Assembly (NCBI RefSeq): GCF_000354175.2
Contig: NC_022349.1
Location: 750,001 to 782,000, forward strand
Direction: 5' to 3'
Source of the DNA: Vibrio alginolyticus NBRC 15630 = ATCC 17749
GTDB taxonomy: Bacteria; Pseudomonadota; Gammaproteobacteria; Enterobacterales; Vibrionaceae
DNA length: 32,000 nt
The position numbers were made by a program, and so were the translations under genes. Below, one piece after another: positions 1-9,000 of the stretch. The notes under the pieces are model-generated. The model saw nothing but the letters and a program-made list of their open reading frames with translations, made no database searches and was not told the origin of the DNA. Numbering within the stretch: the stretch's first letter is position 1; every line of letters starts with the position of its first letter.

Positions 1-3000
1 AGAGGCTTCGTATCGGTATCAAACACAACGTGCGTAAGCTGATCATCGGCCACATGCGTAAAGTCTTCACTGTCAGGTTTGTCGTTTACTGGCGTGACAT
101 CGACGTTAACAATGGTGGATTCACTGACACCACCGGAGGTGACGATGTAGGTGAAGCTGTCTGCCCCGTGGAAGTTGTCGTTTGGCGTGTAAGTGACGCT
201 GCCGTCCGGGTTGACCGAGACCGTGCCGTTGGCTGGACCGTTATTGCTATCGAGCGACACCACTTTGTCGTCGCCTTCGAACGTGTCGTTACCTAAAACC
301 TTGATGATGGTTGGTGTGTCTTCCACAACCGTCGCGCGGTCAGATTCAATATCTGCCACAGGCGCCACTGTGAAGTTCACCGTTTGGCTAACGCTTTCAC
401 CGCTTGGATCGGTGGCAGTAAAGGTCAACGCTTCAGAGCCGTTCCAGTCCGCAGTTGGGCTAATGGTCGCGATGCCATTTTCAATCGACACCAACACGTT
501 GCTGTTGCCGGACACTGAGAAGTTCAATGCGGAGTCGCTGTCTTTAAATGCGTCGTTTAAATCAATCGTGTAGATCGTAAAATCTTCTGCTAACACTTGA
601 TCTGAAATCACATTGTCGACTGTTGGTGCATCGTTAACGCGATTCACAATCAAACTATCACTGTCGCTAACCGTTGGATTAACACCATCCGATACTGATG
701 CGCTGATCGTTAGGTCTTTAAGGTTGAGTTCGTCGTTGTTAACCGCGTCAACACCCGCTTGAGTCAGTTTGACTTCATCGCCAACTAGCGCAAAGTAGCC
801 GTTTGAGTTGTTTTCTAAAGAAACGGTTAATTGCTCTTCTGGCGTGTCGATATCAGCGACTTCCAACGTTGCCACTACCGTACCGGTATTCACTGCATCT
901 TCAGTGATACTTTCTACAGCATCGACCTTGATCGTTGGCGCATCGTTTACTGGGTTAACGGTAACAGCTACTTTCGCTTGGTCAGTCAGCGAACCATCAG
1001 TGATGGTGTAAGTGATTTCGGCGTCACCATGGAAGTTCTCAGCCGGTGTGAAGACCAGTTTGCCATCAACGATCTCAACTGTGCCTTGTGTTTCAGGTAC
1101 GGAAGCCGATTCAATCGACAGCTTATCACCATCAATATCGGTGTCGTTTGGCAGGACATCAATCGTCACTGGCGTGTCTTCGTCAGTGACAGCGGTATCA
1201 TCTTTTGCCACTGGCGCGTCATTCACTGGCGTGACATCGACGTTCACCGCGGTGGACTCCGATACCCCACCGGAGGTGACGATGTAGGTGAAGCTGTCTG
1301 TACCGTGGTAGTTGTCGTTTGGCGTGTAAGTGACGCTGCCATCAGGGTTGACCGAGACCGTGCCGTTCGCTGGACCGTGATTGCTATCGAGCGACACCAC
1401 TTTGTCGTCGCCTTCGAACGTGTCGTTACCTAAAACCTTGATGATGGTTGGTGTGTCTTCCACAACCGTCGCGCGGTCAGATTCAATATCTGCCACAGGC
1501 GCCACTGTGAAGTTCACCGTTTGGCTAACGCTTTCACCGCTTGGATCGGTGGCGGTAAAGGTTAGGGTTTCTGAGCCATTCCAGTCTGCGGTTGGAGTGA
1601 ACGTAGCAATGCCATTGACGATCGCCACTTGAATGTTGCTATTACCAGAAACGCTAAACGTTAACTCACCATCGGCGTTATCCACATCACTGAAGGCCGT
1701 ATTCAGATCGATGCTGTATGGCGTAAAATCTTCCGCCAAGGTTTGGTCTGCAATGTTGCTTTCAACCACAGGCGTGTCGTTCACCGCATTCACGGTGACG
1801 TTGACCGTTGCTTGGTCAGTCAGTGCACCATCAGTAATCGTGTAAGTAATTTCAGCGTCACCATGGAAGTTCTCAGCTGGCGTGAACACCAACTTGCCGT
1901 CAACAATCTCGACTGTCCCTTGCTCACTCGGCACAGACGCCGAGTCAATCCACAGCTTATCGCCATCAATATCGGTGTCGTTTGGCAGGACATCAATCGT
2001 GACAGCGGTATCTTCTTGTGTTGTGGCCGTGTCATCGTTTGCCACTGGCGCGTCATTCACTGGCGTCACATCGACGTTCACTGTGGTGGACTCCGATACC
2101 CCACCCGATGTAACGATGTAGGTAAAACTGTCTGCCCCGTGATAGTTGTCGTTTGGCGTGTAAGTGACACTGCCGTCCGGGTTGACCGAGACCGTGCCGT
2201 TGGCTGGGCCGTGATTGGTATCCAGCGACACCAATTTGTCGTCGCCTTCGAACGTGTCGTTACCTAAAACCTTGATGATGGTCGGCGTGTCTTCCACAAC
2301 CGTCGCGTTGTCTGCCACGATGTCCGCCACTGGCGCTACCGTGAAGTTCACCGTTTGGCTAACGCTTTCACCGCTTGGATCGGTGGCCGTAAAGATTAGG
2401 ATTTCTGAGCCGTTCCAGTCTGCCGTTGGGCTAATGGTCGCGATGCCATTTTCAATCGAAACCAACACGTTGCTGTTGCCAGAGACACTGAAGCTCAGCT
2501 CGCCATCTACGTTATCCACATCGCTGAAAGCGGTATTTAGATCGATGCTGTATGGCGTAAAATCTTCCGCCAAGGTTTGGTCTGCAATGTTGCTTTCAAC
2601 CACAGGCGTGTCGTTCACCGCATTCACGGTGACGTTGACCGTCGCTTGGTCAGTCAGTGAACCATCGGTCACGGTGTAAGTGATTTCAGCGTCACCATGG
2701 AAGTTCTCGGCCGGTGTGAACACCAGTTTGCCATCAACAATCTCAACTGTCCCTTGGTCACTCGGCACAGACGCCGAGTCAATACGTAATGTATCACCAT
2801 CGATGTCAGTATCGTTTGGCAAGACATCAATCGTAACAGCGGTATCTTCTTGTGTTGTTGCCGCGTCATCGTTTGCCACTGGCGCATCGTTGACTGGCGT
2901 CACATCGACGTTCACTGTGGTGGACTCCGATACCCCACCCGAGGTAACGATGTAGGTAAAACTGTCTGCCCCGTGATAGTTGTCGTTTGGCGTGTAAGTG

Positions 3001-6000
3001 ACACTGCCGTCCGGGTTGACCGAGACCGTGCCGTTGGCTGGACCGTGATTGGTATCCAGCGACACCACTTTATCGTCGCCTTCGAACGTGTCGTTACCTA
3101 AGACCTTGATGATGGTTGGCGTGTCTTCCACAACCGTCGCGCGGTCAGATTCAATATCTGCCACAGGCGCAACTGTGAAGTTCACCGTTTGGCTAACGCT
3201 CTCGCCGCTTGGATCGGTGGCCGTAAAGGTTAACGCTTCTGAGCCGTTCCAGTCTGCGGTTGGAGTGAACGTAGCAATACCATTGACGATCGCCACTTGA
3301 ATGTTGCTGTTGCCAGAGACAGTGAAGCTCAGCTCGCCATCAACATTATCCACATCGCTGAAAGCGGTATTCAGATTGATGCTGTATGGCGTAAAGTCTT
3401 CTGCTAAGGTTTGATCTGCGATGTTGCTCTCAACCACAGGCGCGTCGTTCACCGCATTCACGGTGACGTTAACCGTCGCTTGGTCAGTCAGCGCACCATC
3501 AGTGACGGTGTAAGTGATTTCAGCGTCACCATGGAAGTTCTCAGCTGGCGTGAACACCAGTTTGCCATCAACAATTTCAACTGTCCCTTGGTCACTCGGC
3601 ACAGATGCCGAGTCAATACGTAATGCATCACCATCGATGTCAGTATCGTTTGGCAGAACATCAATCGTCACTGGTGTATCTTCGTCAGTAACGGCATTGT
3701 CATTGGTCGCCACTGGCGCATCATTCACTGGTGTGACATCGACGTTCACCGTGGTGGACTCCGATACCCCACCGGACGTGGCGATGTAGGTGAAGCTGTC
3801 TGTACCGTGGAAGTTGTCGTTTGGCGTGTAAGTGACGCTGCCATCCGGGTTGACCGAGACCGTGCCGTTAGCTGGACCGTTGTTGGTATCCAGCGACACC
3901 ACTTTGTCGTCGCCTTCAAACGTGTCGTTACCTAAGACCTTGATGATGGTTGGCGTATCTTCCACAACCGTCGCTTTGTCTGCCACGATGTCCGCCACAG
4001 GGGCTACCGTGAAGTTCACCGTTTGGCTGACGCTTTCACCGCTTGGATCGGTAGCCGTAAAGGTCAATGCTTCTGAGCCGTTCCAGTCTGCGGTTGGAGT
4101 GAACGTAGCAATCCCATTGACGATCGCCACTTGAATGTTGCTATTACCAGAAACGCTGAAGCTCAAATCGCCATCGGCGTTATCCACATCACTGAAAGCG
4201 GTATTTAGATCGATGCTGTATGGCGTAAAATCTTCCGCCAAGGTTTGGTCTGCAATGTTGCTTTCAACCACAGGCGTGTCGTTCACCGCATTCACGGTGA
4301 CGTTGACCGTTGCTTGGTCAGTCAGTGCACCATCAGTAATCGTGTAAGTGATTTCAGCGTCACCATGGAAGTTCTCAGCTGGCGTGAACACCAACTTGCC
4401 GTCAACAATCTCGACTGTCCCTTGCTCACTCGGCACAGACGCCGAGTCAATCCACAGCTTATCGCCATCAATATCGGTGTCGTTTGGCAGGACATCAATC
4501 GTGACAGCGGTATCTTCTTGTGTTGTGGCCGTGTCATCGTTTGCCACTGGCGCATCATTCACTGGCGTCACATCGACGTTCACTGTGGTGGACTCCGATA
4601 CCCCACCCGATGTAACGATGTAGGTAAAACTGTCTGCCCCGTGATAGTTATCGTTTGGCGTGTAAGTGACGCTGCCGTCCGGGTTGACCGAGACCGTGTC
4701 GTTAGCTGGACCGTTGTTGGTATCCAGCGACACCACTTTGTCGTCGCCTTCGAACGTGTCGTTACCTAAGACCTTGATGATGGTTGGCGTATCTTCCACA
4801 ACCGTCGCTTTGTCTGCCACGATGTCCGCCACAGGGGCTACTGTGAAGTTCACCGTTTGGCTGACGCTTTCACCGCTTGGATCGGTAGCAGTAAAGGTCA
4901 ATGCTTCTGAGCCGTTCCAGTCTGCGGTTGGAGTGAACGTAGCAATCCCATTGACGATCGCCACTTGAATGTTGCTATTACCAGAGACGCTGAAGCTCAG
5001 CTCGCCATCCACGTTATCCACATCGCTGAAAGCGGTATTTAGATCGATGCTGTATGGCGTAAAGTCTTCCGCCAAGGTTTGGTCTGCAATGTTGCTTTCA
5101 ACCACAGGCGTGTCGTTCACCGCATTCACGGTGACGTTGACCGTCGCTTGGTCAGTCAGCGCACCATCGGTAACGGTGTAAGTGATTTCAGCGTCACCAT
5201 GGAAGTTCTCAGCCGGTGTGAACACCAGTTTTCCATCAACAATCTCGACTGTCCCTTGCTCACTCGGCACAGACGCCGAGTCAATCGACAGCGTATCGCC
5301 ATCAATGTCGGTGTCGTTTGGCAGGACATCAATCGTCACTGGCGTGTCTTCGTCAGTAACAGCGGTATCATCTTTTGCCACTGGCGCATCGTTGACTGGC
5401 GTGACATCGACGTTCACCTTGGTGGATTCACTGACGCCACCGGACGTCACGATGTAGGTGAAGCTGTCTGTACCGTGGTAGTTGTCGTTCGGCGTGTAAG
5501 TCACGCTGCCGTCCGGGTTGACCGAGACCGTACCGTTAGCTGGACCGTGATTGCTATCCAGCGACACCACTTTATCGTCGCCTTCGAACGTGTCGTTACC
5601 TAAGACCTTGATGATGGTCGGCGTGTCTTCCACAACCGTCGCGTTGTCTGCCACGATGTCCGCCACAGGGGCTACCGTGAAGTTCACCGTTTGGCTAACG
5701 CTTTCACCGCTTGGATCGGTCGCCGTAAAGGTCAACGCTTCAGAGCCGTTCCAGTCCGCAGTTGGAGTGAACGTAGCAATGCCATTGACGATCGCCACTT
5801 GAATGTTGCTGTTGCCAGAAACGCTGAAGCTCAGCTCGCCATCCACGTTATCTACATCGCTGAAAGCGGTATTTAGATCGATGCTGTATGGCGTAAAATC
5901 TTCCGCCAAGGTTTGGTCTGCAATGTTGCTTTCAACCACAGGCGTGTCGTTCACCGCATTCACGGTGACGTTGACCGTTGCTTGGTCAGTCAGTGCACCA

Positions 6001-9000
6001 TCAGTAATCGTGTAAGTAATTTCAGCGTCACCATGGAAGTTCTCAGCTGGCGTGAACACCAACTTGCCGTCAACAATCTCAACTGTGCCTTGCGCTTCAG
6101 GTACAGACGCCGATTCAATCGACAGCTTATCGCCATCGATGTCAGTATCGTTTGGCAGAACATCAATCGTCACTGGCGTATCTTCGTCAGTAACAGCGGT
6201 ATCATCTTTTGCCGCTGGCGCATCGTTGACTGGCGTGACATCGACGTTCACCGCGGTGGACTCCGATACCCCACCGGAGGTGACGATGTAGGTGAAGCTG
6301 TCTGTACCGTGGTAGTTGTCGTTTGGCGTGTAAGTGACGCTGCCATCCGGGTTGACCGAGACCGTGCCGTTCGCTGGACCGTTGTTGGTATCCAGCGACA
6401 CCACTTTGTCGTCGCCTTCGAACGTGTCGTTCTCTAAGACCTTGATGATGGTTGGCGTATCTTCCACAACCGTCGCTTTGTCTGCCACGATGTCCGCCAC
6501 AGGGGCTACTGTGAAGTTCACCGTTTGGCTGACGCTTTCACCGCTTGGATCGGTAGCAGTAAAGGTCAATGCTTCTGAGCCGTTCCAGTCTGCGGTTGGA
6601 GTGAACGTAGCAATCCCATTGACGATCGCCACTTGAATGTTGCTATTACCAGAAACGCTGAAGCTCAGATCGCCATCCACGTTATCCACATCGCTGAAAG
6701 CGGTATTCAGATTGATGCTGTATGGGGTGAAATCTTCCGCCAAGGTTTGGTCTGCAATGCTACTTTCAACCACAGGCGTGTCGTTCACCGCATTCACGGT
6801 GACGTTGACCGTCGCTTGGTCAGTCAGTGCACCATCGCTAACGGTGTAAGTGATTTCAGCGTCACCATGGAAGTTCTCAGCCGGTGTGAACACCAACTTG
6901 CCGTCAACAATTTCAACTGTACCTTGGTCACTCGGCACAGACGCCGAATCAATGCTTAACGTATCACCATCGATGTCAGTATCGTTTGGTAGGACATCAA
7001 TCGTCACTGGCGTGTCTTCGCCAGTGACAGCGGTATCATCTTTTGCCACTGGCGCATCGTTGACTGGCGTGACATCGACGTTCACCGTGGTGAATTCCGA
7101 TACCCCACCGGAGGTAACGATGTACGTGAAGCTGTCTGTACCGTGGTAGTTGTCGTTTGGCGTGTAAGTGACGCTGCCGTCCAGGTTGACCGAGACCGTG
7201 CCGTTGGCTGGACCGTGATTGGTATCCAGCGACACCACTTTGTCGTCGCCTTCGAACGTGTCGTTACCTAAAACCTTAATGATGGTTGGTGTGTCTTCCA
7301 CAACCGTCGCGCGGTCAGATTCAATATCTGCCACAGGCGCAACTGTGAAGTTCACCGTTTGGCTAACGCTTTCGCTGCTTGGATCGGTGGCGGTAAAGGT
7401 TAGGGTTTCTGAGCCGTTCCAGTCTGCGGTTGGAGTGAACGTAGCAATGCCATTGACGATCGCCACTTGAATGTTGCTGTTGCCGGAGACACTGAAGGTC
7501 AGATCGCCATCCACGTTATCTACATCGCTGAAAGCAGTATTTAGATCGATGCTGTATGGGGTGAAATCTTCCGCCAAGGTTTGGTCTGCAATGCTGCTTT
7601 CAACCACAGGCGTGTCGTTCACCGCATTCACGGTGACGTTGACCGTCGCTTGGTCAGTCAGTGCACCATCGGTGATGGTGTAAGTGATTTCGGCGTCACC
7701 ATGGAAGTTCTCAGCCGGTGTGAACACCAACTTACCATCAACAATCTCGACTGTCCCTTGCTCACTCGGCACAGACGCCGAATCAATGCTTAACGTATCA
7801 CCATCGATGTCAGTATCGTTTGGCAGAACATCAATCGTCACTGGTGTATCTTCGTCAGTAACAGCGGTATCATCGTTTGCCACTGGCGCATCATTCACTG
7901 GTGTGACATCGACGTTCACCGTGGTGGACTCACTGACCCCACCCGACGTAACGATGTACGTGAAGCTGTCTGTACCGTGGTAGTTGTCGTTCGGCGTGTA
8001 AGTGACGCTGCCGTCCGGGTTGACAGAGACCGTGCCGTTGGCTGGACCGTTATTGGTATCCAGCGACACCACTTTGTCGTCGCCTTCGAACGTGTCGTTA
8101 TCTAAGACCTTGATGATGGTTGGCGTGTCTTCCACAACCGTCGCGTTGTCTGCCACGATGTCCGCCACAGGCGCAACCGTGAAGTTCACCGTTTGGCTAA
8201 CGCTTTCGCCGCTTGGATCGGTCGCCGTAAAGGTCAATGCTTCTGAGCCGTTCCAGTCTGCCGTTGGAGTGAACGTAGCAATACCATTGACGATCGCCAC
8301 TTGAATGTTGCTATTACCAGAGACGCTAAACGTTAACTCGCCATCCACGTTATCTACATCGCTGAAAGCGGTATTCAGATCGATGCTGTATGGCGTAAAG
8401 TCTTCTGCCAAGGTTTGGTCTGCAATGCTGCTTTCAACCACAGGCGTGTCGTTCACCGCATTCACGGTGACGTTAACCGTCGCTTGGTCAGTCAGTGCAC
8501 CATCGGTCACGGTGTAAGTGATTTCGGCGTCGCCATAGAAGTTCTCGGCCGGTGTGAACACCAATTTGCCGTCAACAATCTCGACTGTGCCTTGCGCTTC
8601 AGGTACAGACGCTGATTGGATAGACAGCGTATCACCATCAATATCGGTGTCGTTTGGCAGGACATCAATCGTCACTGGCGTGTCTTCGTCAGTGACAGCG
8701 GTATCATCTTTTGCTACTGGCGCGTCATTGACTGGTGTGACATCGACGTTCACCGTGGTGGACTCACTGACGCCCCCGGAGGTAACGATGTACGTGAAGC
8801 TGTCTGTACCGTGGAAGTTGTCGTTTGGCGTGTAAGTGACGCTGCCATCCGGGTTGACCGAGACCGTGCCGTTGGCTGGACCGTTATTGGTATCCAGCGA
8901 CACCACTTTATCGTCGCCTTCGAACGTGTCGTTACCTAAGACCTTGATGATGGTTGGCGTGTCTTCCACGACCGTTGCTTTATCTGCCACGATGTCCGCC

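Noticed and set aside
1820-4558. Minus-strand 72-78-aa ORFs (1820-2056, 2669-2887, 4322-4558).
   Set aside because: They lie in a different minus frame (codon high coordinate = 1 mod 3) from the adhesin frame (2 mod 3). They are low-complexity R/Q/T/M-rich sequences inside the repeat.
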